The notes beneath the pieces are model-generated. The model was not told the DNA's origin. It did no database searches and was given only the letters and a program-made list of their open reading frames with translations. A DNA stretch of 63,747 nt, counting the filler, from Rhabdomonas costata (lineage: Eukaryota): NCBI GenBank assembly GCA_019059605.1. It is 35 parts of 35 records of this genome, joined end to end, with 100 filler letters (N's around TTAATTAATTAA, not from the genome) between each part and the next. Parts side by side here need not be neighbours in the genome. Positions count along the whole stretch, not along the records: positions 23,724 to 25,447 come from JAHMHO010010044.1; positions 25,548 to 27,271 come from JAHMHO010010045.1; positions 27,372 to 29,095 come from JAHMHO010010046.1; positions 29,196 to 30,919 come from JAHMHO010010047.1; positions 31,020 to 32,743 come from JAHMHO010010048.1; positions 32,844 to 34,567 come from JAHMHO010010049.1; positions 34,668 to 36,388 come from JAHMHO010010050.1; positions 36,489 to 38,209 come from JAHMHO010010051.1; 27 more parts are not named here. One strand, given 5' to 3'. Positions 25,389-38,596 of the stretch are shown piece after piece. Numbering within the stretch: position 1 is the first letter of the stretch; each line of letters starts with the position of its first letter. The position numbers and the translations under genes were made by a program.

Positions 25389-25723
25389 CTGAGAGAATCA
25401 CAAAGAACTCAAGGGCAACGACAGACGAAATCTCGTAACCAAAAAACNNNNNNNNNNNNNNNNNNNNNNNNNNNNNNNNNNNNNNNNNNNNTTAATTAAT
25501 TAANNNNNNNNNNNNNNNNNNNNNNNNNNNNNNNNNNNNNNNNNNNNTTGTTGTTGGTGCCTACTGCGGACTGACGGACGCATGCGCAATTGGCCACGCC
25601 ACTGCAGCGAACGGCGCCGTGGTACAGGCTCACCTCCGAACGGTCCCATGCCTTTGTCGCGCTGCTACTCTTTCCAACGGCTGCCCGCTGACGGTGCGTG
25701 TGTGTGTGGCCCACCAGTCGGAC

Positions 25724-25849
25724 CTCAAGGGTGCGCTGCTCGCGGAGTATCTGCTCTTGCTCTGCGCGGCGAACATTCTCCGCAGAGCGCTTCTGCTTGG
25801 CCAAGCGCTCCCGCCGCACCTGCTGCTCTGCCTCAGCCCGGGCCTTCTC
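25724..25849 (-). CDS. Charged helical exon of a hypothetical protein
   Basis: CAG|EKARAEAEQQVRRERLAKQKRSAENVRRAEQEQILREQRTLE|GT. Upstream exons are likely but unresolved. Confidence 0.6.
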
Positions 25850-26442
25850 CTGGAGACACGTCATGCACACGCAATTTGCAAGGAAAACCAGCTGATCGCA
25901 AGGGTAAGGGAGGGTAAGGGAATCATGTCTCCTTGGAAACTCAGATTGCCTTTCCATGGGGCATGCATTGAATACCAGACATTCAGACCTTGCATGTCCT
26001 GGACTAAGGCGAGGGAAGGGTTTCCATCTCTAGGTATGGCTCTCCTGCAATTCTGTGAAGCAAAAGTGAACCATAGCTATGCGCCATCGCCGAACAAGTG
26101 AAGCAAACTGGCAGGGAGGGAGCAGTGACTGTCACACACACAGAACCATATGAAAAGAGCTGGTTGCTGCAAGAAACAAAAACGCTCGTGAAGAGAGGGA
26201 GACGTTGATGGCCCGGTTCCGGAAAAACAGTGGGAAGTTTCCGGGAGACGAGATCGCTACCGGCAGGGCAGTGAATGGGAGGCTGCGAATGGCTGCAGGG
26301 TGACCCAATACCAATCCATGTCACTGACATTGATAACGAGTGAGCACCGGTTGTCACCTTAATCCGAAGTGGGAAGTGGGGGAGCGTCCATGTGGCGGAA
26401 GTGGATGCGGCCCACCCCAGGTTGGCCGATGTCCCAAACCCT

Positions 26443-26493
26443 GTGACCTGGGGGAAGATTCCTGACCACCCCCGTGACCTGGGGGAAGATTCC
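26443..26493. repeat. 20-bp direct repeat, 31-bp period
   Basis: gtgacctgggggaagattcc occurs twice. Confidence 0.85.
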
Positions 26494-27799
26494 GCTGGTT
26501 AGGTTGGCGGAGTACATGTCCCAGGGTGGATATGCTGGGTATTCAGCGTGGGTCGAGCGGCTGTGAACCGCCTTGGGTCTCTCACGGTCCCGAGCACGCA
26601 CAGTACACGCCCAGGCGAGCGGGGCAGGGCGCGCCTTCCTTGAGGGTAGTCTCTGCACACGCCTCCGAGGGCTGTTGTTTGGTAGTCTGCAAAGGTTCGC
26701 CCGCGCACTAAACGCCTTCTTCCGTATTCGGGCCGCCAAAGGCGCTTGTGAACACCACCAGATAGGGCTATCCTGGGAGCAGCTCTGGTGGAGTCCCCGA
26801 AAATAAACGGGGATAGTGGGCGCCTCAGCCTCCGACTGGGCTGGGAGGAGCTCCGGGCTCCCGGGTTGGGGTCATGGCAGGGTGCTGACGTCGCGAGTGC
26901 CGACCCAGCGGGCTCGTGCAAGTCGACCTGAACACGGAGGACTGATGACGCGTCAGCGGCTGCCACATGGCTCGCTGCCACATTTGCGGCTGACACATGA
27001 GGTTTCGTAGTTTGCACTTTTCTGACCGACGAGGGTGTGTGAATGTATGCATTTGTGAGTGAGTGCATGTGTTCTCGTCGAGTTTGAGCATGAGAGGAGA
27101 GCGGTAGCAATGAGATAACCTTAGAACCACTTTCTCCATCTTTTTCCGAAAAACATGTGAAACCAAGTAATACTTCAGACGATCCCTCGACAGGATACAC
27201 CCCGCAACGCACGTGCTCGGCTACGCATGAACTCACCCGCTCGCGGGCCTGGGCCTCCTCCCCCACACAACNNNNNNNNNNNNNNNNNNNNNNNNNNNNN
27301 NNNNNNNNNNNNNNNTTAATTAATTAANNNNNNNNNNNNNNNNNNNNNNNNNNNNNNNNNNNNNNNNNNNNTGTGGGTTGTGAAGCCCTCATCAAAATAA
27401 ATCATGCTTGCAAGGAGCAAACCGTGCTCCGGAAACACGCAAGAAAGAGTCCTGCACAGCACTCAGAAACCGTTTCTTGACGGCTGCTTTGTGCCTTTGC
27501 GTCTTCTGACCCTACAGCGGGACCACAGAGGTTTCTGCCAACTCTTCTTAACCAAAAGGTTAGCAATCTGAGTAATCTTTGCTTGGTAGGCAGTTCAGGG
27601 CTTTCCTGAAGGTCGACCACCTGCCTCCTTTCTGGTCGCTGGTGCGTAAAGGCTTACAAGCGTGTGCGTCCAAGTTGAGAGGGGAGTCTAGTTTATGGGG
27701 CAACCTCCACGTGCATACGCACAGTGGCGACATGAGCGTATGTCGTCGGAACGGACGGTGCCGTGAAGTACCGGCTACCGCCGAGTGTTCCACATACGC

Positions 27800-28119
27800 T
27801 GAACTTAAGTGATCCCTCCATGGGTTCCAGGCCTTTGTCCCGCAAATGCGATGTAACATCGTGAGGCTGGGAGGGGGGGGAGCTGCTGCGGCTGCCGCCA
27901 TGTTGTTGCCGCGGCTGAAGCGCCTTGGTCATCTTCCCTGGGAGGCCGTGCATGTGGGAAACTGAGGAGCTGGCGGTGCGTGTGCTGGATGGGGCGGTCG
28001 CAAACCACTCTTCGCTCTGTTGTGTTGGAGAGACTCGCAGGATCTCCAGAACAGGCGAAGGGCCACTTGCGAGCCCGGTGACGAGATCCACAGGGAGGAC
28101 GTCGCAGGTGAACTCCACC
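27800..28119 (-). CDS. Probable exon of a hypothetical protein
   Basis: tttcag acceptor, then VEFTCDVLPVDLVTGLASGPSPVLEILRVSP... The frame is not confirmed by neighbouring exons. Confidence 0.35.
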
Positions 28120-29195
28120 TGAAACGATCGGCATAACCTCACCAAAGTACGCACCACGCGCACTGAAAGGCAACAGTATGATCTTTCGAGAGATCTGGCA
28201 CGAGTGCATTTTTTAGGTGGGAGGGTGGGAGCTGCTTTTGCGCGAAAACCCAGACGCAAAACACAAGAAAAGAGTACAAAGTCTGGTTGCTGCAGGGAAC
28301 GCTTCCTCGGATTGAGCGCTGGTCCTGTCCCGCTCCCGTCTTTGTTTCTCTTCCCGCCGCGTGTGGGCGTATGCGGGTTCGCTTGTGTGAAATTCCTTCA
28401 CTACCGCAGGTCGTCGTCGGGGCCATCTCCACCGTTACCTCACAAAATGAACAGAGATTGCTCATCGCACAGCAAAAAGTTGAGATAAAGCGAAAAATAA
28501 ATAAAGAGAAAAGGGTGGCTCTTCCTGCCTGCACAACCACCGCTCACATTAAAGATTGGGAAGTCCAGACAAGGTGCCATGATTAAGGGCTGACGGTGCC
28601 TGATGCTTTTTCTATATCTTGGACAACCTGTAAAAATCGTTGTGGTGACTGCTCGGGGTTGGTTAAGTGGAAGACCACACACAGACACCCCACCTAGGAC
28701 CCGCGTCGGCAACCTCACGAGACAAACACCACACGCACTTTTCTGGCACAAGACATAGATGATGTCCCCAGGCGCTGTGCATCGTGAGTATGCAAGCCTT
28801 CGGGTGAGTGGTTGACGATTCCATGGGTCACTGTTTGCATTCATGTCTGGTCGGATTCCAGAAGAGAAAACGGGGAAACAAATGCACAAACACCTGCACC
28901 CCAACGTCGTTGTCGGTAAGTAGGCGCCCTCCGATGACCTCGCACAGAGACAGCAGCTTATGGGCCTTCCCCTAAAAAAGCCAGTTCGGGAAGAGAACGG
29001 ACCAACACTGGCAAGAAAAGTGGAAGTGCCCTTTCAAAAACAATATCAAAATCGTGAAATTGGTCTCGTGGCAAGCCGAGTTTCAAAACCCAACANNNNN
29101 NNNNNNNNNNNNNNNNNNNNNNNNNNNNNNNNNNNNNNNTTAATTAATTAANNNNNNNNNNNNNNNNNNNNNNNNNNNNNNNNNNNNNNNNNNNN

Positions 29196-30390
29196 CGGCC
29201 GTCCCGGAGCCCCTGCAGCTTCTGCTGTGGAGCGTGCCGGGGACTGTGGTGGCCAGCACCCCACAGGGCTTCGCCCTGCGGGAGGTGCGGCGGCTGTGTG
29301 GGTGGTGGCAGGCCCAGGCTGAGTTGTTGGGGGTGGAGCAGGTGCTGCTGGGGGCTGTTTGCGGGTCGCGCAGCGTGGCCAAGGTGGCGCGGCTGGAGAG
29401 TGTCTTGCAGTGGCTGCTGGAGAAGGGCTGGTGCGTGTGTCCCAGGATTGCGTTGCTCACTGATTAGTAACTTCGAAGTGTCGCTTCGAGGCCTAATTCA
29501 CATCTGTATCTGCATTTCATGTGCCGGAAAGAGGTTTAGTGACGGGTTGTAAGGGAGAGAATGTGTGTGTTCATAGGAATGGCGACGAGAGCGAGTGAAG
29601 AGCATGGGATTTGGGGGTGTGGGCACTGGGGGTGCTGGTTCCAAGAGGCTAGTTACATAGAAGCGCGGCGAAAACGCTGTTTTGCACTCCAATGACCATT
29701 TGCATTAGTAGCATTTCACTGAGGTATACCTCCCTTCCCTAAAAGAGTTTTTTCCGGTTTGCATTTCAGTCACTCTGAAGCATCCATTCACACATGTCCA
29801 TTTGATGTCGATATCAGTGATATTCTTTTTCGCCGGGTGTTGACCTCTGCATTTTGTCACACCACAACCATTTCTGCGCCTGTCCTAGCTGCTGGGAAGT
29901 GTTTTCACCCATTCATCCTACCTTCCCATCGAGTCACGCCATACATTTTTCTCTCCTTTCTTCCTTCCGCCTGCCACAGGAACTTTAGCGGGGATGCCAG
30001 CCTATCCTTTGCATGGGCTTATCACTGCCTTGGGGAATCCCGCCGCTCGGAAAGGTGGCTGCACCTCCTGCGCTCCCAGGCCAGCTCCGACCCTTGCAGG
30101 GTGGCCTCCAGCTACCACAGCTTTGTCGCTGCCCTAAGCTGCAGTGACCCCTCTGGGGCGGCGTCGGCGACCAAGGTGGAGGAGAGGAGCCGTATCCTGA
30201 ACGCCTTTCTGCAGTGGGTGGAGGCTCAGCGCACCCTACCCCACGACCAGTCACGGGCTGTGCAGTGGGCTCGGCTGCAGGGCCACGCCAGCGTGGTTTG
30301 GGGGCAATCCGCACATTTCGCGGAGGTTGTGTCTGGGGACCTGCACACAGTCTGGCAAGGCCACCTCAATGCCCTGGCCCGATCCAGTCG
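29196..30390 (+). CDS. Hypothetical alpha-helical protein, two exons
   Basis: 29196-29430 and 29980-30390 join in phase (TG|G = Trp); GC-rich coding-like composition. Confidence 0.7.
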
Positions 30391-31749
30391 GTGCATCTGT
30401 CCCAGGTGTTTGGGGTATTCTTTGGAGGGGAAGGGGTTACCAGAGTAGGTTTTTCTAGCTTCTGGCTTTAAGGCTAATGCTGGGCTGTTGTGAAGTTGTA
30501 CGAAACCCATCCCAAACACTACTTCCATGTGGGGTGTGGTTGAAGGTGTATGAGAGTTGAAAGGGTAGGGGAACGAGGGCTCGAGCCACGGAGTGCTCCA
30601 TGGGCTGTTTGCAATGATTTGGCCTACTGCAGAAGGAAGTTTAGGATGTGCTTTGGCAGCACGTGTATGACGTGCTGGGGTATGTAGGTGCTACGACCCC
30701 CCACCCCCAACACACGCACACGCACATTTCAGGTTTTGAGTGGGTGAAATTTCACCACAAAGGACAAAGAAAGCACATCTTCAACAGGTCGCAACAGCTT
30801 GTTCAGCATGGAAAGCAGATGTCCTGGTTTCTGTTGTGCAAACAACCCTTACGAAGAGGTGGTGACTGTCAGAGGAGTGCATAATGCAACAGGCACATGC
30901 ACACCCCCTCACAAACAAANNNNNNNNNNNNNNNNNNNNNNNNNNNNNNNNNNNNNNNNNNNNTTAATTAATTAANNNNNNNNNNNNNNNNNNNNNNNNN
31001 NNNNNNNNNNNNNNNNNNNTGTTTTGCAAGTTTCTGTCTTTGAATCTTTTTGTCGCTGTTCTCGTGAATTCGACGGCGAAACTGACAACGTATTTTTTGG
31101 TTTTTTTTATTTACGACTTTCCAGCGTTGTCTGAGTGGTGGAGAGACTTGATGGGAATGAAATTGTCCTTTTGAGGGTTGAGAGAGTGGATGTAGTGCGG
31201 AGAAATTCGTCTTTTTGTGGTTGTTGAGGAGACGTGAAGAAACAACGCAGAAGAAAGTGGCTGGTGGCGAAAATAAAACAAACTTAGTGGAGCAAAAAGG
31301 CTTTTTTCCTCTGAGCCAATGTGTAAAGAGCCCCACCAGCGGATCGAGAGCTGCCTAAGTCACTTTGAGAGACTGGAAGCCCCCCCCCCTCTGCCGTCCC
31401 TTTATTTCAGACCCTCGAGGAGCTGCTGAAGGTGATTAATTCTCTGAGCCTCCGAGAATTGCTTACCCTTCGGTACTGTCTGTTTCTATCTCATCCTTTT
31501 CCTGGGTTGCCCTCAACGGTTGTCTTCCACGTAGTGATGAGACATGTTGGAGTGTTCAGTGTTGAGTAGTGTTGAGAGTAGTTGGCATTTACCCCTTGAG
31601 TTGGAGTCACGAAACGAGCGTAGCGAGTGGAGTAGGAGGTGGAGGAACGACCGGAGGGACTGACGACATCTTGGGGGCCCCACGCCACCATCAGCCCTTC
31701 TACTAACCCCCACTCTGCCATCATCCCTTCATCATGCGTGGAGCCCTCA

Positions 31750-32743
31750 GTTGCAGTGGAGGGATGTCCAGGGGAACCCGAGGCATCCCGACCTAGGAAT
31801 GTCATTCCGATGTAGGAATGTCGACGGAGGAAGGTCGCCCTCAGCGGGCCCCGTTTTCCATTTTGACCTCACCACTGGGTTGGCCTTGGCATCACCTGGG
31901 GTCATGCATTGGCCATACATCGGTACACTCCAACCACCGAAGGTAGAGATTGCCAACACCCACAACCACTCAATCACATCTTAGGGTCAGCATGCAACTG
32001 GCTATTATTGTGGTGTGGGGTGATGCGCTAGGGGTCACGGGTCACCACCTGGCATGACATCGACAGCTGAGGTAGGATGGGCATTCTGACACAAGATGAC
32101 ACCAACACCAACACTTCACCGCATGAGACCATAACATGCAGCACGGGCACCAACATCACCTTGGGCCATCATGACACCCCTCACCACCAGGATACCAACA
32201 AAACACTTTAGCCATAGAAGTGACATTACGCATAGCGTTACGAGCAGCATCGGTAGGTCCACTTTCATCACCACCATGACAACATCCACTCCAAGGTTGG
32301 GTGGTGATGTGCCATTTGACACAGATCATGACATGATACACCAGGGTAGGGAAGGTTTGGTTGAGTGGGTCGGTCTCGGCGACCTCCACTTGGGTGCAAC
32401 CACCATGAGGGCATCACCCGGTCAGCCTAACACGACCTGGGGTACCACGCCATGAGTACCAATGGTATCGCAACATCACCTCACAGTCACTGGACCCACA
32501 CGAAATGTTAACACCGGTGCCAAGGTGAGATGATGCCATGACACCACCAACGTGAGACGCAACGACGTGACACCATGCTGCTGCTACCACCACCACACAC
32601 ATACAGTGGGTATTACATGGTTGTTACACCACCACCTAAGGTAAGATATGATGTTGGGCCCTCACTGGGTTGCCAACATCGCCATGACCACCTGGTGACC
32701 ACGACAACGCCACACCAACAGCAGGATAACACACATTACGGTA
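31750..32743 (-). mobile_element. Highly decayed 3' part of an RLE-type (CRE-like) non-LTR retrotransposon
   Basis: Ordered but frameshifted motif remnants: DCEVMLRYHW, CPHGGC, HVMIC, RNAMRN, AVDV, LAISTFGGWS. Confidence 0.4.
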
Positions 32744-33904
32744 NNNNNNNNNNNNNNNNNNNNNNNNNNNNNNNNNNNNNNNNNNNNTTAATTAATTAAN
32801 NNNNNNNNNNNNNNNNNNNNNNNNNNNNNNNNNNNNNNNNNNNGTGGGTGTGTTCGACGAGGTGCATCGGGGGCAGACCACAGACGAAAAAACAAAAAAC
32901 AAAAAACAAACAAGGACCAATGCGCGCGGACCAAGAAATAGAACCCGCCCGTGCATGTCGCTCCTCTGCTTGATGTGCAGGTTTGTTGTTTCACTGATGA
33001 TGTTTCTTCTTGCGGTTTGAGGCCTTTGCTGGAGGGAAAGTGAAAGGCTTGAACCGCCATCACCGCAATACGAATAATTTACCGAAAGAGGACAAGCCGT
33101 AGACTGTTCAGAAGAAACGAGAAAGGTCATATCATGAGTGTTCTGTAATGGAACTTCTCACCTCCCCAGGGCCCCGCAACTCTAAACCAAAAAAAGCTGG
33201 AACAGGCGATTCCTAGACCGGGTGGGGTGCTCAGTGTCTCCAAGATTAGGAAGTACGAGTCCAATAATGCATAAGGCCGCAAATGCGACAGGAGCACTCA
33301 GACACTTGTTTGCCAATCGGGGTAGGCTCAGGCCTAGAAATTCGGGTCCGTCAGCCAGCAGATGCCATGGTAATGGTGTGTGAAAAAATAGGGCCTGCAA
33401 TCTGCAGAGTGTGTTAGAGGGAGCGTCCTTCTTTTTAGTGACGTCGACATTGCGGTGCCTTGCTTTCAAGAACATAGTTGGGTCAGGATTCAAACGAAGA
33501 TCTGCGATTCACAAAGCGAACACCGCGAACACCCCCCTGGAACAGTTTTTCCACACACAGTTCTTGGACGAATGCAAGCAAGCAACACGTAAAATGGGCA
33601 AAGAGCAAAAACCTGCAGAAGGTGGCGTCGAGAACAAAGCGAAGCACACAACAGTGGACGCAGTAGTGGCCAATCAATTAAACAATAAGAATCAGAACAA
33701 CAGAAAGAAAGCCAGGGCTAGATAAAGCGCTTCTATCATGCACACATAACACCGCCATTAACTGTAAACGGCACGCTCCCACACACACACGAACTATACC
33801 ACAGACATTAGACGGCTGGCAGGCACCATTCAGGCACTCGCACACAGACGCACGTAGAAACAAAGGCAAACAAAAAAAACAAAGCGAGCGCCTGCAGCGA
33901 CAAC

Positions 33905-34455
33905 CTCACTCTCTCCACTGCACGCATACGTCACAGGGAAAGGGGAGGCAGGGGCAAGGCCCATGGCGCAGACGGCTCTGGTGGGAAACCACGAGTTCAA
34001 GCGGTAAAAAAACAAAAGCATAGCGAGTAAAAGAAGAGGGGGCAAAGCTATGTCGCGAAAAGCAAAGGTGACGTGGGAAACGGGGACTCTCCCTCAGATG
34101 TTTGGATGCACAACAGATCTGTGCAATAAGGCAGACGGAAGAGGGAGGTGGCGGTGGGGAAATCCGTACACAAACACCTCAAACAGGTGTGGAGGCAGAT
34201 GTCGACGGCACGGGGGCTCTCAGTGAAAGAACCCCGTGAGGCCCGAAAACCTGTGAAGGGGAAAATGTCATTGCTGTTCTGACCGACCGATGACCCTTCG
34301 CTTGAGACCGGTGGCTTTCTGTTTCAATTCGCGCTGGTCCACAATACCATAACACCTCCAGCGTAGCACCCAAACAGCTCCTGTGCTGCCATCGCTTCTT
34401 CGTTCGGATGGAACATTTCGCTTTCGAGCGCCGCGAATGCTTTCCCAGTGTATCG
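33905..34455 (-). CDS. Hypothetical protein, three internal exons
   Basis: 34455-34356, 34250-34178 and 33977-~33905 join in phase: RYTGKAFAALESEMFHPNEE...VDICLHTCLRAVCAMGLAP. Confidence 0.6.
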
Positions 34456-35598
34456 CTGACATCCAGATACGGGTGATACTAGTACATCAAAGATCAAAGA
34501 TGGGATGGGAGGTACGTATATGTAGGCCAAGGGAAGCAACTCTTGGCTAGATTCCACCCCCCCCCCANNNNNNNNNNNNNNNNNNNNNNNNNNNNNNNNN
34601 NNNNNNNNNNNTTAATTAATTAANNNNNNNNNNNNNNNNNNNNNNNNNNNNNNNNNNNNNNNNNNNNGTGTTGGGTGTGGTTGGTGGGGGTGTGGGAAGG
34701 GTGTGTTTGTGTGCACATCTCACCACTCGTGGCATTTGCAACAGTGTGTTAGTGGCTGGACACAGGGCATTTTTCGCCTCTCTTCGAGGGTAGAGGGCGC
34801 TTTTTACCTTGCCTTGGTTGGGCTGCTTTTTTCTTTGGCTTTTCTTTTTCCCTTGTGATTCTCTCTTCTTTCCTTCGCGGACCATGCTCTTCTACTTTGT
34901 GCTTACACCAGTGAAGTCGTGTGCTTTTTTTCTTGGTCCTTTTCTGTCTTTCCTTTTCTGTGTTGTCCCCGTCCATTGGAATAGGCGCGCGCACACACAG
35001 TCCGCGCCATATGTCGTCAGCTGTGCAACACTATTTTCGGTGCTGATGATCTCAGTGAAGTGTGAGAAAGCCGAGTCTCTTCCCTGTCACTTTCACGGTT
35101 TCTCTTTTCGAGATTTTCTTTGTGAAGGGTATGTCTTTCATCTGTATGGTTGCACGAATCTGAAGCGGGAGCAGCCGTTGTGTATTTTTCCAGTCCAATT
35201 CTACGATGAATGGCACGGGTTTTTGGGAAGGAAGCGTCGCCGTTTCGGGAAGGCACTGTATGAGACAGCTGGACATCAGAAAATTATGGGCAACGTAGAG
35301 GCACGCTCCGATCGAACATCGCAACTTTGCCCCCCCGCCCTCCGGGAACTACCCTTCATTCTCCAATTCCAACCCCAACTTTGTTCCGCTCCGTTTCGAT
35401 GAGTCTAACGGGTGTTGAAATCAAATCACATCTGTTTCCTGTCTTGTGGTCAGTTGATGTCTGGTACGTCTCTCTCTGTATTTCGCCGCTGCCAGCAGTG
35501 AGGGTCGGCAGAGACAGGGATGCATCACTGAATTGATCTGCAAGTGTTTTAGATTGCGATGGCAATGACATTGGTATTCAGTGACATCCTGAGCAACT

Positions 35599-35650
35599 CA
35601 CAACTGGGCAGCCTTCGCACCTTTGGGAACACAACTGGGCAACCTTCGCA
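35599..35650. repeat. 21-bp direct repeat, 31-bp period
   Basis: cacaactgggca(g/a)ccttcgca occurs twice. Confidence 0.85.
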
Positions 35651-36488
35651 GCAGAATATCTGCCTGGGGAATTTAATGACGAAAATGTAAAATGTAAAAT
35701 GAAATGGAGAGGCCGCGAAACTTTGCCGGCAGGCAACTCTCTTGGAAATTTTGGCTCCCCGATTGAGTGCATTTTTCCCTGTTGTTTTGCCTTGTGTTGC
35801 CTTTTGATTTTGCCTTTTTGTGCCCTGGCCTGCTCAGACCTGTGCCTGTGCCTGTGCCCGTACCTGTGTGATTGTTCGGAGGAGGCGGGTGTTCGTGTGC
35901 ATGTGTGGCTGCCTTCGCGCCTCTGAGTGAGGTGAACTTAGCTCCCTCCGGAAGACCGAGACCCTCCCCCGATCTCCGGAGATGGAGTGCAGTCCTTGCG
36001 AAGCAGCTGAGTCGTCCCAGGTTGCGCAGAGTGTATACCCTCACCCCCGCCCCTTCACGTCCACTGTTGCCCCTTTTAGCTGCGGCTATTCCATTGCTCT
36101 TTTTATAATTAGGGGCGGGGTTATGATTCCTTTTAATTGGTGGTTGATAGTCTGGCGGGATACTGTATGAATGGGTGAATAGATGGAGTGCCTGCGCGGA
36201 GTAGATGGATGCCAATTCCACGAAAGTATGCACTGATAACTGAGCTGCAGATGCTGTGCTGCATACCTCATGCATCACACGGTACCTCTCGTGCCTTCCT
36301 GTTGCCCGAGACGCAGCCTGTGTCGAGTGCAAGCGGTCTCTTCGACCAGATTCCGAAAAACAGCAACACAATATGCTCTGCCCCCGCANNNNNNNNNNNN
36401 NNNNNNNNNNNNNNNNNNNNNNNNNNNNNNNNTTAATTAATTAANNNNNNNNNNNNNNNNNNNNNNNNNNNNNNNNNNNNNNNNNNNN

Positions 36489-36578
36489 AACGGAACCGGA
36501 GCGTCGACCGCACCCAAGAGCACAGAGAAAATCAACTTAGTTCGATTCTCAAGGAGCGGTCGACGCTCCGGTTCCGTT
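36489..36578. repeat. Perfect 23-bp inverted repeat
   Basis: aacggaaccggagcgtcgaccgc (36489-36511) and its reverse complement (36556-36578). Confidence 0.95.
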
Positions 36579-36671
36579 TCAAAACACTGCACATCTAGAG
36601 AAAGTTAGCAAGCATTAAAACAAGGTCGACAAATACACACCATGCAGGAAATGGTGAAGGTGAGAACCAGG

Positions 36672-37214
36672 CTAAAACTCGGTACGCTGGCCCAGCAAGG
36701 TAAGAACCCCGGTGAGCATCCTCATTTCCTGCTCCACCTCAGCAAGCCGTTGCGTCACCGCAGCGACAAGCTCCGACCTCCTCCTGAGACCCAAAGGCTT
36801 TCCTTCAGTGAGGGTTGCCCACTCTGCAATCACTGAAGAGCCAATGCCCACTGGAAGAGTAGGGCGGACCGGCGCTTGAGTGCTCTGCGCTTGGGGATTA
36901 TACGACGGAGGGAAATGAGCAGGGTTCTTGTCGACAGCCTTTTCAGACGTTGGGGCGTCAAGCTTCTCTGGCGGGGCGGTCACGCCAGGGGCGGGAAAAG
37001 GAAATACCCGAGCGGCGTTTGCCTTGGCAGCAGGCTGGCACTTGGGCTGCGGCCCCAGGGCCTGCTGGAAAAGGGCTGTGGTCTGTGCGGCGGTGAGCAG
37101 CCGCACCGGAGAGGGGCCGTGAGAAGGCTGGGCTGAGTTTGGCGTACCCGTGGGAAGCTTCTCGGTGGGTGTGGAGGAGCGTCGGTCACGATGCACGGCA
37201 TTTGGGCGAGACAT
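36672..37214 (-). CDS. Pro/Ala-rich protein with C-terminal short coiled coil (single or last exon)
   Basis: Polypyrimidine tract and CAG directly before the ATG at 37214; 180 codons ending ...TQRLAEVEQEMRMLTGVLTLLGQRTEF-stop. Confidence 0.65.
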   Translation of the reverse strand: MSRPNAVHRDRRSSTPTEKLPTGTPNSAQPSHGPSPVRLLTAAQTTALFQQALGPQPKCQPAAKANAARVFPFPAPGVTAPPEKLDAPTSEKAVDKNPAHFPPSYNPQAQSTQAPVRPTLPVGIGSSVIAEWATLTEGKPLGLRRRSELVAAVTQRLAEVEQEMRMLTGVLTLLGQRTEF

Positions 37215-38309
37215 CTGCGAGGAAACGTATGTTGCGCGGAACAAAATGAAGATGCAAGGTAAAAGAGAACAAAATAGGGCAGCTCCTGGTGCTGTAAGTG
37301 CAGTGGAGAAGCTCATTATTGAGGGCCAGGTAGAATACAAAGTTGTTGCGCGATTCTTTCCGACGTGATGAACTCAGACTGTAAAATTCATGCAGCGCAT
37401 CGGCCTTTCGCCTTCGCTACATTGTGAGAACTTATTCATAACTACCAAGGTGGAGCGGACCTGGGGTGAAAGTCAGTGCCCCTCCCTCACCTTCTCACTT
37501 CTTGTGTTCTTCTTAGCAGCAATGGAAGAAGTGGTAAAGCTAAAATTGGAAGGACACAGAACGCCGGTGAAGCTGTTATGGGCAAAATTTGTACGGAGAA
37601 ATCGCCGTATGGCGGGATTCAAGCAGAACAGGTTCAACGCATAGACGAGGAAGCGAGAAGATGGTCCTGACATTATCGTGCCCCGACTATACTTTGAACA
37701 TGACCATCAAGCTGGCGCATCGTTAGCAATGACTGCTACAACAACGCCTCGTGTTATTAACAAAGCAGGAGCAATGTCGGGCTGGCAATGCGGCACTGCA
37801 GTTGACTCTAAGCCATCAAGAGAGACTCATTTACACCAAAAACAGATATACTGCACCAGATGTCTGCAAGCGGGCAAGAAGGGGAAGCAAACCTGCCCCA
37901 AAACAAGAGAGACGCCAAACACTAAATCAAAGCCACGAATATAAAAAGTGGTGTTTGTACGCACATACGGACCTGGGAGAAAATGACAGACAAAAAAGAG
38001 TTTCAAACTTAGCGGGTGCCTGCTTGGTTTTCGGCACTCGCGTGGTGGAATTCGCGCGGAGTCTGCTGCTGGTGGTGGTGTGGCTGAGATGGGTGTGGGT
38101 TGGAATGTGTGGGCAGGGGACGGATGAGAGCGTGCTCAAACATAAAAAACACAGCACTGCAGAAGAAGGCGGCCTCGTAGCCGCCACTCGCTGTACTCAA
38201 CAACAAAAANNNNNNNNNNNNNNNNNNNNNNNNNNNNNNNNNNNNNNNNNNNNTTAATTAATTAANNNNNNNNNNNNNNNNNNNNNNNNNNNNNNNNNNN
38301 NNNNNNNNN

Positions 38310-38596
38310 TTTTTGTGGTGATCCCCCAGGCGGACTACTATTCGCGGGTGTGGGATAACAATAAGGTGGCAATAATTCTGGTAGTGGTGTGCCTGGTAAC
38401 GTTCTTCCTGGTGCAGCTGTTTTTTTATCGGTTCATCCTGGTGCTGCACCTCCGCACTCTGCTGACGGGGCTGGTGCGTCTGAGGTCTGCTGTGGACAGT
38501 TCCGTGGCCGAGGGCGGCAACGGCGGTGGTGGGGAGATCGCGGCTCTGGTCCCGCACACCGTCTCCGTGTTCACGGAGATTCGGGCGCTGCACCAG
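38310..38596 (+). CDS. Exon of a membrane sensor (Cache end-TM-HAMP-like, as in receptor nucleotide cyclases)
   Basis: VIPQADYYSRVWDNNK, a hydrophobic helix, then LRTLLTGLVRL...SVFTEIRALHQ|GT. Confidence 0.55.

Noticed and set aside
33180-33730. Retroelement relic in an intron
   Set aside because: Coding-like composition but no convincing motif.
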